DNA of 64,000 nucleotides from a virus (taxonomy: Duplodnaviria; Caudoviricetes), in the IMG/VR virus record IMGVR_UViG_3300021387_000688. One strand, 5' to 3'. Every line of letters begins with the position of its first letter. Within the stretch, counting starts at the first letter, position 1. Both the position numbers and the translations under genes were made by a program. Positions 39,531 to 48,050 of this stretch are shown here, in pieces. The notes beneath the pieces were generated by a model. It was not told the origin of the DNA. It saw only the letters and a list, made by a program, of their open reading frames with translations, and ran no database searches.

Positions 39531-39667
39531 ATAGCATAAGTTGTTCCTATTAAGAGCATGACTAAAATCTGCTGGCAATGCGCCGTATGGGTTCGACTCC
39601 CATCGATCCTCTAAAGGGGATTGTGGTGGAATGGTAGACACGGCAGACTCATTATACAACCCGCTAT
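39531..39667 (+). ncRNA. circularly permuted tRNA-Leu-like RNA (YrlA-like) in conserved frame
   Basis: 3' half (39563-39611) precedes 5' half (39616-39649); acceptor stem closed by TAAA; flanks pair. Confidence 0.8.
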
Positions 39668-39676
39668 ATTTTTTAT

Positions 39677-39749
39677 AGGTCCTTAGTGTTAACGGTTAGC
39701 ACGACAGTCTCCAAAACTGTTTGTGAGGGTTCGAATCCTTCAGGGCCTG
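39677..39749 (+). tRNA. tRNA-Trp(CCA)
   Basis: ACAGT-CTCCAAA-ACTGT. Confidence 0.92.
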
Positions 39750-39915
39750 AAACTGAATGGGTAGCCACTGAAAAGTAAATAGACTGTTTATGAAGTAGGG
39801 GTCCAAACAGAGCTTGTCGCTGATTACATATCAAAGAGTTATTAGTCTAGTCAACTAGATTCGGAGATGGTTTGAAGCTAAACAGGATGACAAAGGGCGA
39901 GTCCTGATTTTTTAT

Positions 39916-39999
39916 CGTTCGGTGGCGGAATTGGTAGACGCACTGGACTCAAAATCCAGCGGTGGCAACACCATGAGGGTTCGATTCCCTCCCGGACGA
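39916..39999 (+). tRNA. tRNA-Leu(CAA)
   Basis: CTGGA-CTCAAAA-TCCAG, variable arm. Confidence 0.92.
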
Positions 40000-40129
40000 C
40001 TCAAATCCCTCTTCCTAAAGTTGGGAGAAAAAGTAACTTTCGGATAGCGGTACAGCCGCATCTTTTTTCTATCCAGTATGAAAGTTATGAGGACGGTGAA
40101 AGGCTCCCGTCCATTTTTTTAAGGAAAAG

Positions 40130-40271
40130 AAATTGCACAGAGTGTTCCTATTATTGCTTTGGGAGCCCTGGGTTGTAGGTTCGAGTCCTACCCTGCCAAC
40201 TATTTCAAAAAGTTAAAAACTTTGGCAGGTAGCTCAACTGGTAGAGCAAGGATTTTTACACTTCGCAATTT
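40130..40271 (+). ncRNA. circularly permuted tRNA-Pro-like RNA (YrlA-like) in conserved frame
   Basis: TTGGGA + T-arm + CCTGCCA precede TGGCAGG + D-arm; frame GCACAGAGTGTTCCTAT...TACACTTCGC. Confidence 0.8.
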
Positions 40272-40278
40272 TTATATA

Positions 40279-40346
40279 TGAGGTTTAGCTTAGACTCGGT
40301 TAAAGCAACGTGCACAGAAAGGAGGTTCGATTCCTTCTAACCTCAA
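40279..40346 (+). ncRNA. tRNA-like RNA lacking an anticodon arm
   Basis: intact acceptor (TGAGGTT/AACCTCA), D arm and T arm; only about 14 nt between D and T arms. Confidence 0.6.
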
Positions 40347-40349
40347 GCA

Positions 40350-40791
40350 AAGCCGTAGGGAGTAGGATAACTCTTTAGCTTATAGGTTCAGTACTAACCT
40401 GTGAACTAATCACTCCCGAACTAGGTACAGGAACGAAAACTGAAGTGGGGAAGAAGCGGAGGTTGGATACTGTGGTAATCCTAGAGCATGTGAAAGTAGG
40501 AGAGTTGACTTTGGAGAGTGCCAACTTAATGTTCAACCCTGATCCAAGTATCTCTTCCCTTATAGGAAGGGTACGAAAAATGCATTGGATAGAATTAGAT
40601 GCTCCTACATATAAAAAATGACGATTATCGCACACGAGATGATCAAAAAGGTGCAACAACGGTGGGGAAAGCCCATGCCGGTTAAAAGAGCAGATCTGCG
40701 CGATGTCCTTCGACGGTATCTGCCGTAAGAGGGTAGGGGAACCTTGTAGACAAGGGACTGAAGGGGTGTACTCGATCCGAAAAGTTATCTT
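40350..40791 (+). ncRNA. unassigned large (about 430 nt) structured RNA
   Basis: closing helix AGGATAACT/AGTTATCTT, many internal hairpins, ends in T tract. Confidence 0.55.
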
Positions 40792-40801
40792 TTTTTTTAT
40801 T

Positions 40802-40892
40802 TCAGGATAATTCCTGCAAGGTCCGCGGATGTAGGAAATGGAAACCTTATAGATCAATAAGGAATAGGACGTTCGAATCGTTTGATCCTGAC
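40802..40892 (+). ncRNA. non-canonical tRNA-like RNA
   Basis: TCAGGAT/ATCCTGA acceptor, GTTCGAATC T-loop, 8-bp first arm, CCTTAT/ATAAGG second arm. Confidence 0.5.
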
Positions 40893-41149
40893 TTCACAAC
40901 AGCTGGTGACAATTATCCAGGAACACTTAGAGTCCGCTAAGGTTAGCTGCAACTAACTGGATGCTCAATGTATAGCAAAGACTGTGCAAAGATGACTGGA
41001 AGAAAGAGACACGTGGAAGGGTGTCGGGTAACTTTGCTACCTCCATAACGAGAAACCCGCCGTGATTTGCAGTCAACGATACAGTTTCTCTACTTCCAAT
41101 TTTTGGAGTGATCCATATCGGATTATTAGACATTAAGTCTGAAACATAT

Positions 41150-41232
41150 TGGAGCGTATCTCAGCTGTCTTATAAACAGTCCGGTATAATTCGAGTAATT
41201 GGTGGATGAGGGTTCAACTCCCTCCGCTCCAA
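41150..41232 (+). tRNA. arm-rearranged tRNA-Ile(TAT)-like RNA
   Basis: perfect acceptor and T arm; anticodon arm GCTGT-CTTATAA-ACAGT directly after acceptor; TAATTGGT D-loop-like motif lies 3' of it. Confidence 0.6.
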
Positions 41233-41321
41233 CTATATGTAATGATATCATTACAGGAATAAGATAAAATGGACTACCCCAACATAATCGCGATATGTGG
41301 GTAACGAAAGAGTAGTCAAAA

Positions 41322-41393
41322 TCCGCCGTAGCTCATCTGGTCAGAGCAGCTCTTTTTAAGGGTATGTAGTGGGTTCGACCCCCACCGGTGGTT
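41322..41393 (+). tRNA. tRNA-Lys(TTT), atypical short anticodon stem
   Basis: canonical D and T arms; GCTC-TTTTTAA-GGGT. Confidence 0.55.
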
Positions 41394-41396
41394 TAT

Positions 41397-41693
41397 ATGG
41401 AAAATGCACAGCCAAGAATTAAGTTTAAAAACTTTTGGCTTTGGTTTAAAGATCAAGTAATGCGTAAAAGGGCTTTCTATAATTTCTTTATAAGTAGAAA
41501 TGCTTGGGGAGCTTTTTCTATCAACTCCCACATCAGAGCAAGTACAGGGCAACCAAAAGTAACTTACAATACAGTAGAATCTGCGTTAAGGGCCGCAGAG
41601 AGTATGAGTAAAAAATATAACAAACATTTTTCAACTTATAAATGTTTGTTCTGCGATGGTTACCATGTAGGAAAAAATAGAGATAATAAATAG
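41397..41693 (+). CDS. small basic protein with YxCxxCxxxH motif
   Basis: YKCLFCDGYHVG. Confidence 0.65.
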   Translation: MENAQPRIKFKNFWLWFKDQVMRKRAFYNFFISRNAWGAFSINSHIRASTGQPKVTYNTVESALRAAESMSKKYNKHFSTYKCLFCDGYHVGKNRDNK

Positions 41694-41720
41694 GAGTAGT
41701 TAACAACTACTCCTTTTTTT
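41692..41720 (+). terminator. intrinsic terminator ending array 1 transcript
   Basis: AGGAGTAGTT-AAC-AACTACTCCT + T tract. Confidence 0.8.
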
Positions 41721-41766
41721 ATGCAAATTAAAACTTTTCTACTATATAATTAATAGGAGAATTTAT

Positions 41767-43188
41767 ATGCGTAAGAATTTATTTAAAGAAGCAATACCGG
41801 CAGAAAGGGACCGTAGAGCCGCAGGGGTAAAATACCGCGATTCAAGTGTAATAGATATGCTTCATGTTGAGGATGATACTTCCGGAGCTGCTACTGCTAA
41901 ATTGATTTCTTTCTTAAAGAAAGAAAAATTCAGCGAATACCAAGATTATTTTCGAAAAACAATCAAGCTTTTTGGAGAAAACTATGATGTATATGTTCCT
42001 TATGTATATAAAAAAGGAACATTTACAGTAGTTAGATGGTTTATCGAACCTGGCAAGTACAATAGAACTGCATGGGCGGAATGGTATAATGATGAAGAGG
42101 ATTGGGAATATCTTGATCCATCTTTCGCAAAAATCGTTGAGAGATATGGTCTAAAAAGAATGAAGGCTTACATAGGGGATGATCCTTACTATGGTTTAGG
42201 ACTTCGTATGCAGAATACTGAAATGACTTCTAATGATTTTGTTAATAAATTGTTAGTGGTTTATAATAAACTTGAAAAGGTAAAAGATAGTTACAATACA
42301 ACTAGTCAAATGGATGATAGAGAATACTACACATATAAAGGCAAGTTACCAAATAACAACCTTCAAATAAACGTATTCTATGTAGACGGAGAAAATGGTT
42401 GTACAATTGAATATGATTGTGAAGTATTAGGTGAAGATCTTAAATGCTATGTTGAATCTGAAAATTCTGCAGTCGGTCTAGATCTTAACGAACCTTCTGT
42501 AACAAAACCTTTCTTTGAGGTTTTAGCTGAAGAAGGAATTATTGAAGAGGAAGATGTAGATTCTTTAGCTGAAGAATTTGATAATGGGCCAACTTATAAT
42601 TATCTTCAAATTTTTGATGTAAGTGATTGGCCAAAGTATTTTGAAATGGTAGGGGAATTCTTAAAAGCAGAGGGTTATATAACTGAATACAATGTAGAAG
42701 CTAGTAGAGCCGTAAACTCTCGTAGAAAGAACCGTATTAAGAACAATCCAAATCTTAGACAGCAGTACGAATCCAGAATTTCTAAAATCTCAAGAAGAAT
42801 GAGAGAAGCAGAAGAAGATTGGGATGACCTTGGATACGATGATTCAGATGCAGGTGTAGAAGATTGGGATGATCCTAATGAAGCTTTAGATGGTGAAGAT
42901 TATTTCACTTATGATGATCCTGATTATACAGGAATGAATTCTGGGGAAAGAGCTTATGACCATTACGATTCTGATATGGAAGATGTAATTGCAGATTCAA
43001 TGCCAACCCGTAAAAAGGGATTAGGTATTGGAAAGAAAAGAGGAGACTCTTCATATTTCAATAAGGATTATTTAGACGCCCCAGATATGTGGGATGAAAA
43101 TGGAGACAATGTTCCTGAAGAAATTGAATGGAAGTTGACTAAAAAAGTTGCAGAATCTAAAAAACCTTTCAAAACAAGATTGTATTAA
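41767..43188 (+). CDS. hypothetical protein with acidic C-terminus, possible head-internal protein
   Basis: 473 aa ORF, AGGAG RBS, LFKEA / MREAEE / VAES motifs. Confidence 0.7.
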   Translation: MRKNLFKEAIPAERDRRAAGVKYRDSSVIDMLHVEDDTSGAATAKLISFLKKEKFSEYQDYFRKTIKLFGENYDVYVPYVYKKGTFTVVRWFIEPGKYNRTAWAEWYNDEEDWEYLDPSFAKIVERYGLKRMKAYIGDDPYYGLGLRMQNTEMTSNDFVNKLLVVYNKLEKVKDSYNTTSQMDDREYYTYKGKLPNNNLQINVFYVDGENGCTIEYDCEVLGEDLKCYVESENSAVGLDLNEPSVTKPFFEVLAEEGIIEEEDVDSLAEEFDNGPTYNYLQIFDVSDWPKYFEMVGEFLKAEGYITEYNVEASRAVNSRRKNRIKNNPNLRQQYESRISKISRRMREAEEDWDDLGYDDSDAGVEDWDDPNEALDGEDYFTYDDPDYTGMNSGERAYDHYDSDMEDVIADSMPTRKKGLGIGKKRGDSSYFNKDYLDAPDMWDENGDNVPEEIEWKLTKKVAESKKPFKTRLY

Positions 43189-43274
43189 TAAATAAATTCT
43201 CCAAAGTACCCTCTATCATTGATAGAGGGTTTTTTATTGGCCCCTCTACTATTTTATAGAAAAAGGAGTCTAAT

Positions 43275-43610
43275 ATGGAAAAGGTAGATTTGATTAAAGA
43301 GATTATGGATAGTAATCTTAAAGACGAAACAAAGTTAGAATTGGTAAAAACTTTGATGCTATCTAAAGATGAAGCCACCACTCAGCCCCTCCAAATGCCT
43401 TACGTTATAAGAGAAGTTTATAAAGAAGTTCCAAAACCATGGTGGAACGAAATTACTTGCGGAGATAGTACTTCTAAGAAAACAAATCCTTTAGAACTTT
43501 GGGATGACAGTGGTTGGTGGCAGCAACACTTGAAAGATGCGCAAGCAGATGTAGAATCTATCCTTCATCCTAATGCTACTTGGGGAATTAATACGGTAGT
43601 AAGTTGCTAA
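43275..43610 (+). CDS. hypothetical protein
   Basis: AGGAG RBS. Confidence 0.7.
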   Translation: MEKVDLIKEIMDSNLKDETKLELVKTLMLSKDEATTQPLQMPYVIREVYKEVPKPWWNEITCGDSTSKKTNPLELWDDSGWWQQHLKDAQADVESILHPNATWGINTVVSC

Positions 43611-43617
43611 TTATTTC

Positions 43618-44088
43618 ATGAATGAATGGCAATATAATAAAGGATCGTTTCAAGGATTCTGGTATCTTAGAGATGGAACAATAATTGAATTAGGTGAAGG
43701 AGAAGAACATCTGGAATACTTTCTTCACAATTATAAAGAATTTGGAGTAACCGATCAAGAAATAGAAGACATTTGTAATATTAAAGGAATTACCCTTGAT
43801 TGGGAATTACATCATTTTATGGAAATGTCTGAACGAGAAGTTGACTTCCTTTGCCTGGCACTCAAAAAAGGAAATCTAAGAGTTAGATTATATGATTGTT
43901 TTAACGATCCTTATATTTCTATAGAATATTATGGTCAACGAAATAAAAAATACGTTTGCAATTGTTTAATAGATATGGAAGGGGAATATTTTAGTAAAGT
44001 CCACCTTCCATATTATTTTTATGATTACGAATCCGATTCTGGAATTGATATAAAATCAATAGACAAAGCTATTGTTGAGTTTGCGTAG
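43618..44088 (+). CDS. hypothetical protein
   Basis: CTAATT-N5-ATG start. Confidence 0.65.
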   Translation: MNEWQYNKGSFQGFWYLRDGTIIELGEGEEHLEYFLHNYKEFGVTDQEIEDICNIKGITLDWELHHFMEMSEREVDFLCLALKKGNLRVRLYDCFNDPYISIEYYGQRNKKYVCNCLIDMEGEYFSKVHLPYYFYDYESDSGIDIKSIDKAIVEFA

Positions 44089-44590
44089 GACTCCAAGAAG
44101 CCCACAAAGTAGATTCAGCTCTGTAAATTCTTTCTCGCCATTCATCCCCTTTCAAATTATCTATTTGATACAGGTCTTCATGTTCTGTCACATACTGTTT
44201 AACTTTTTCATCCCAATTAGATTCATTGGCCTTCAAAATATCTTTAATATGGCTGTCCCAAATAACAGGGTAGCAATGAGGATTAATAATATGACAGATT
44301 TTAGAAATTGCAGAAATCTGTCTACCTACTCCCATTCCTATATCTGGCCCACTAAAGATATTTAATTCTCCAGCCGGTATTTCATAACGATGCTGTACCA
44401 ACCAATCACAAGTTGCTTTTCTAAGAGAACCCTTTCTTACAGCCCAACCATTACCTCTATCAGCTACAGCCTGAAAAAGTAAACTCATTGTTTTATCATT
44501 AGCTGTATGCCAATTACTAAAGAGAACATCAAAGCTTTCTTTTTTCCAATTTACAGATCCTTCAATTGAAGGGTTAATTGCTTCACTCAT
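44069..44590 (-). CDS. hypothetical protein
   Basis: SAISKICHIINPHCYPVIWDS motif; CTATATT-N6-ATG. Confidence 0.65.
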   Translation of the reverse strand: MSEAINPSIEGSVNWKKESFDVLFSNWHTANDKTMSLLFQAVADRGNGWAVRKGSLRKATCDWLVQHRYEIPAGELNIFSGPDIGMGVGRQISAISKICHIINPHCYPVIWDSHIKDILKANESNWDEKVKQYVTEHEDLYQIDNLKGDEWRERIYRAESTLWASWSPTQTQQ

Positions 44591-44674
44591 GTTAGTAATA
44601 TAGTTTTCAATTTTTTACCTTTTTCGAAATTATAGTTCCGGGTTTAAGCTATAATATTAGCAAGAGGTGCAAAT

Positions 44675-45394
44675 ATGAATATAGTTAAAACCCTTACTGA
44701 AAACAGAATTAAAGACATCCCTGACTTCCACCGTGTACCTGCTCATGATTTTAGGGACGACGGAAGTACCTTCACCTGCTGGGTATATAAAGGAGTACCT
44801 ATGACTCAGTGCCGTGGAGGTGGACGAACATATCTTTGTCTCAGAACAGACTACATTCCGACTTTGAAAAAGGATGGACTTTCAGATCTTGAATTTAATA
44901 TCCCTTACGACTTCTGGCACGATAACAAAGGAAAAGACGTTGAAGATGTATTTAACGGGGTGCCAGAATTTGATTTTGATCAGCTTCTTAAGAATGTAGA
45001 TACTCTTATCGAACAAATCAAAACTGTAACTGCAAAATTCAACAAAATTGAAATTGAAGAATTCCCAATTGAAGAGCAGTGCTGGAAAGAAGCAAAATTC
45101 CTCAACGATTTCACAGAAGATATTAAAACAAAATTCAACTGGATGGAAGCATCTAACTACGATACAGATCGCTTTAAGGATTATTGGAAATCTCTTAAGA
45201 GATATGCAGAGCAGGCTAACAAACATGCATTTGCATACCGCATGGGTGAAGTTTCAAAGCGCGTGGCTTTTGAAGACAGTAACAGACTTGCAAAGTATGG
45301 TTATGTTACTACTCAGATTACTGATGATGAATTTTACATCAAATCACTTAAAGAAATGGTAGAAAAATATAAATATAAAGGAGTAGCCGCATGA
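44675..45394 (+). CDS. hypothetical protein
   Basis: GAGGTG RBS. Confidence 0.7.
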   Translation: MNIVKTLTENRIKDIPDFHRVPAHDFRDDGSTFTCWVYKGVPMTQCRGGGRTYLCLRTDYIPTLKKDGLSDLEFNIPYDFWHDNKGKDVEDVFNGVPEFDFDQLLKNVDTLIEQIKTVTAKFNKIEIEEFPIEEQCWKEAKFLNDFTEDIKTKFNWMEASNYDTDRFKDYWKSLKRYAEQANKHAFAYRMGEVSKRVAFEDSNRLAKYGYVTTQITDDEFYIKSLKEMVEKYKYKGVAA

Positions 45395-45642
45395 ATTTTG
45401 TAACCAATAAAGTCAAGAAATCTTTGGGAAATTATATTATTTCTCATTATTCAGATCTTAACAAGTGCCGTACTAAGGAAGATGTTAAAAACTTTGTATT
45501 GGCGGGAAAAACAGAAGTCAATGAAGAATACATTGATTCCTTTGTAATTCCTACAATTGATAAACAGCCTAGCGTAGCTAGAGCTATTGATTTTGTTGGA
45601 CGCAACCTTGTGTTGGCTGGTGAAAATATGAGGGCCTATTAA
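45391..45642 (+). CDS. hypothetical protein
   Basis: AGGAG RBS, ATGA overlap. Confidence 0.7.
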   Translation: MNFVTNKVKKSLGNYIISHYSDLNKCRTKEDVKNFVLAGKTEVNEEYIDSFVIPTIDKQPSVARAIDFVGRNLVLAGENMRAY

Positions 45643-45643
45643 T

Positions 45644-46009
45644 ATGAAACTTGAATTTGGAAAATACACAGAAGTTACAAAACTTGCTAAGAAATTAAAT
45701 TCTCCACTCTTCGGATGTTATGAAAAAGTTTACATTTGTCCAGATACACTGAATTGGTGGCTGTCATGTATTCAGAAAGACATCAATGAAGATTATGAAG
45801 AATGCCCAGGTACCTATCTTGTAGAAAGAGATAAAATCGATTATCCAAATTATGACAGAATTCAGGATGCTTATCTTAATGAAGAAACGGTTTCTGAAGT
45901 ACTTGAGGAATGGGCTTGCGAAACTTGGGATTCTGAAGAAACATCTTCTCTTGAAGAAGCTGTCGAAATAGTAGATGGTGGTTATGGAATCATTCCGGAG
46001 GAAGACTAA
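45644..46009 (+). CDS. hypothetical acidic protein
   Basis: operon context. Confidence 0.7.
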   Translation: MKLEFGKYTEVTKLAKKLNSPLFGCYEKVYICPDTLNWWLSCIQKDINEDYEECPGTYLVERDKIDYPNYDRIQDAYLNEETVSEVLEEWACETWDSEETSSLEEAVEIVDGGYGIIPEED

Positions 46010-46341
46010 TGGATTTTACTTTGATGGGAGAAGAATTCCACGTTCGTACAGATAATCTTAAATCTGTTGAACGCTATGGAAATGCAGTAAAGGTTGAATA
46101 TAAAGACGGTTCCTACAATATTTGGGAAGCTAAGAATATCTATCAGGTAAATAAAATCAATCTTTTAGAGATTGTTTTGAAAGCTTTGATGATTGGTTAT
46201 ACCCAAGGCCGCAACGATCTTTATGACGAAGGTAAAGTTATTACAAAAACAATTCAGCAGAAGATTGATGCTTATGACGAATTGGTAGAAGAACTTGAAC
46301 CAAATCCTTATAAAGAATACCACGAAATTAAAATATCATAA
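46009..46341 (+). CDS. hypothetical protein
   Basis: TAATG coupling. Confidence 0.7.
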   Translation: MDFTLMGEEFHVRTDNLKSVERYGNAVKVEYKDGSYNIWEAKNIYQVNKINLLEIVLKALMIGYTQGRNDLYDEGKVITKTIQQKIDAYDELVEELEPNPYKEYHEIKIS

Positions 46342-46422
46342 AACATTCGTTGAATGTGAAAATAAGATTATTGGAATGTGAGTCAGCACGAAAGGACGTT
46401 AAACTGTTGTTGGAGTTTGCAT

Positions 46423-47367
46423 ATGGCAAAGATTGAATTTGGTTTTTCACAGAAGGATGCTTACGATTTCGTTATTAAAACTGAAACTCGGAAGACTACA
46501 AAAGAAAATGGAATGACTGTAACTGAAAAGTTACGTAAGCCAATTTATAAAAACCCCGAGATTGATATGTGGGGTTATACAGATCGAATAACTGCAGAAA
46601 ATGCACCTTCAGTTCTTAAAAATGTAGAGTACTTTACTGCCCCAAATCCTTTTGGAAAGTACGGACTCGGCCACAAATATGAACCTTATGGATGGACATT
46701 GCCAATGGCTATATTGGCTTTCAAGAAAGGTTATATTGATGGATTCCTTTCTCATAAGGGCGGACTTTTTGGATCATTTGGCCAATTATCTACTGAAGGT
46801 ATTATCATTGTTGACCCAATCCAGCGCATCAAAGTTCGTGAATGGATTGAAGAAGAATATAAAGGTTTCTTCGAAAACTGTAAAGAAGAAGACTTTGCAT
46901 ATTCTTTAACAAAGTCTTCAGGGATGAGTTCAAGAATTGGAATGAGCCTTAAAGAAAAGTCTGTAGATGAATTAAAAGAAAACCTTATGAAAGATAAGGA
47001 CTATTCTGCAGAAAACTTCTTCCAAACAGATCGTGAAAAAGAGGCAGTTGAAACTTATGGTTTCTATAAAGTATTTGATGCTCTTGCAAACCTTCTTTAC
47101 TATGATACAGATTTGGTAAGCATTTGGGGTGTACGTACAGCAAGGCCCCTTTTGTTTAATTCTCTTAAAGAAGCAGAGGATTTCAAAGTTCAGTACAAAG
47201 AATGGGAAACAATCTACCGCGATGAATCTAAGGCAGAATGTAATATCATTCCTGTAAATGAAAAGTTTGATGAATATCTTGAGGAACTTCGTAAACCTGC
47301 AAGAGACAAGCTTGAAGAGGAAGTTCAGAAAAGAATTGAAGAAGAAAGAGCCGCTCGTTTAGCCTAA
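46423..47367 (+). CDS. hypothetical protein
   Basis: ATG 46423 after GGAG. Confidence 0.7.
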   Translation: MAKIEFGFSQKDAYDFVIKTETRKTTKENGMTVTEKLRKPIYKNPEIDMWGYTDRITAENAPSVLKNVEYFTAPNPFGKYGLGHKYEPYGWTLPMAILAFKKGYIDGFLSHKGGLFGSFGQLSTEGIIIVDPIQRIKVREWIEEEYKGFFENCKEEDFAYSLTKSSGMSSRIGMSLKEKSVDELKENLMKDKDYSAENFFQTDREKEAVETYGFYKVFDALANLLYYDTDLVSIWGVRTARPLLFNSLKEAEDFKVQYKEWETIYRDESKAECNIIPVNEKFDEYLEELRKPARDKLEEEVQKRIEEERAARLA

Positions 47368-47383
47368 TTATCATAAAGGAGAA

Positions 47384-47800
47384 TTGCAAATGTATACTTT
47401 TGTAAACTTTGATGATCTTGTTAATGAAGATAATGAAATTGAAGCCCCAGAGGGATTGAAAGATTTATTAGATGAACTAGTAAATAACAATTATGCAGAA
47501 GACTTGTTCGGTACCTGGTGGGAAACAGGAGATGGCGACGAAGAAGATTGGCTTATAGAGAAAGGTATCGAAGTCAAAACCATGAAAGAAATTCTTGATG
47601 AAGACCCAGATGCTCGATTCGGCTTCTCTTATGGATCTCCTGATCAACGTCTTGATGTAACTAATGCATCTGGATATATTGAAGATATGGGTGCAGATCG
47701 TGAAGAGTATGGAGTAACGGCAGAAGATCTTGGCATCGAAGATGATGACTGGGATGAAGATTATGACGATGAAGAGTATGATGAGGATGAAGACGAGTAA
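47384..47800 (+). CDS. very acidic protein
   Basis: D/E-rich throughout, AGGAG RBS. Confidence 0.7.
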   Translation: MQMYTFVNFDDLVNEDNEIEAPEGLKDLLDELVNNNYAEDLFGTWWETGDGDEEDWLIEKGIEVKTMKEILDEDPDARFGFSYGSPDQRLDVTNASGYIEDMGADREEYGVTAEDLGIEDDDWDEDYDDEEYDEDEDE

Positions 47801-48050
47801 TTGTAAACTATTACCGGATAATAGATCCTGCTTCGAAAAAGCTTTGGAAGGAATGGAAAAATTGGTAAAACAATATAATGTAACTTTCCTTCCCGTTGGT
47901 GGGTATGATCAAGATTTAGAGGAATTGAAAAGAAAAGCCCTTAAGGAAGATCGTTCCTCAAATCCTTATGAACGTATACCTAAAGAAGCTTTAGATATAA
48001 TTTCTAGACCTTGGTAAAATAAAAGCCTCTCACTAAGAGAGGCTTTCTTT

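Noticed and set aside
37831-41552. ORF-track ORFs overlapping array 1 (for example 38415..38786, 38690..38905, 40375..40857)
   Set aside because: Antisense or in-frame artefacts of tRNA/ncRNA sequence, without RBS or typical codon usage.
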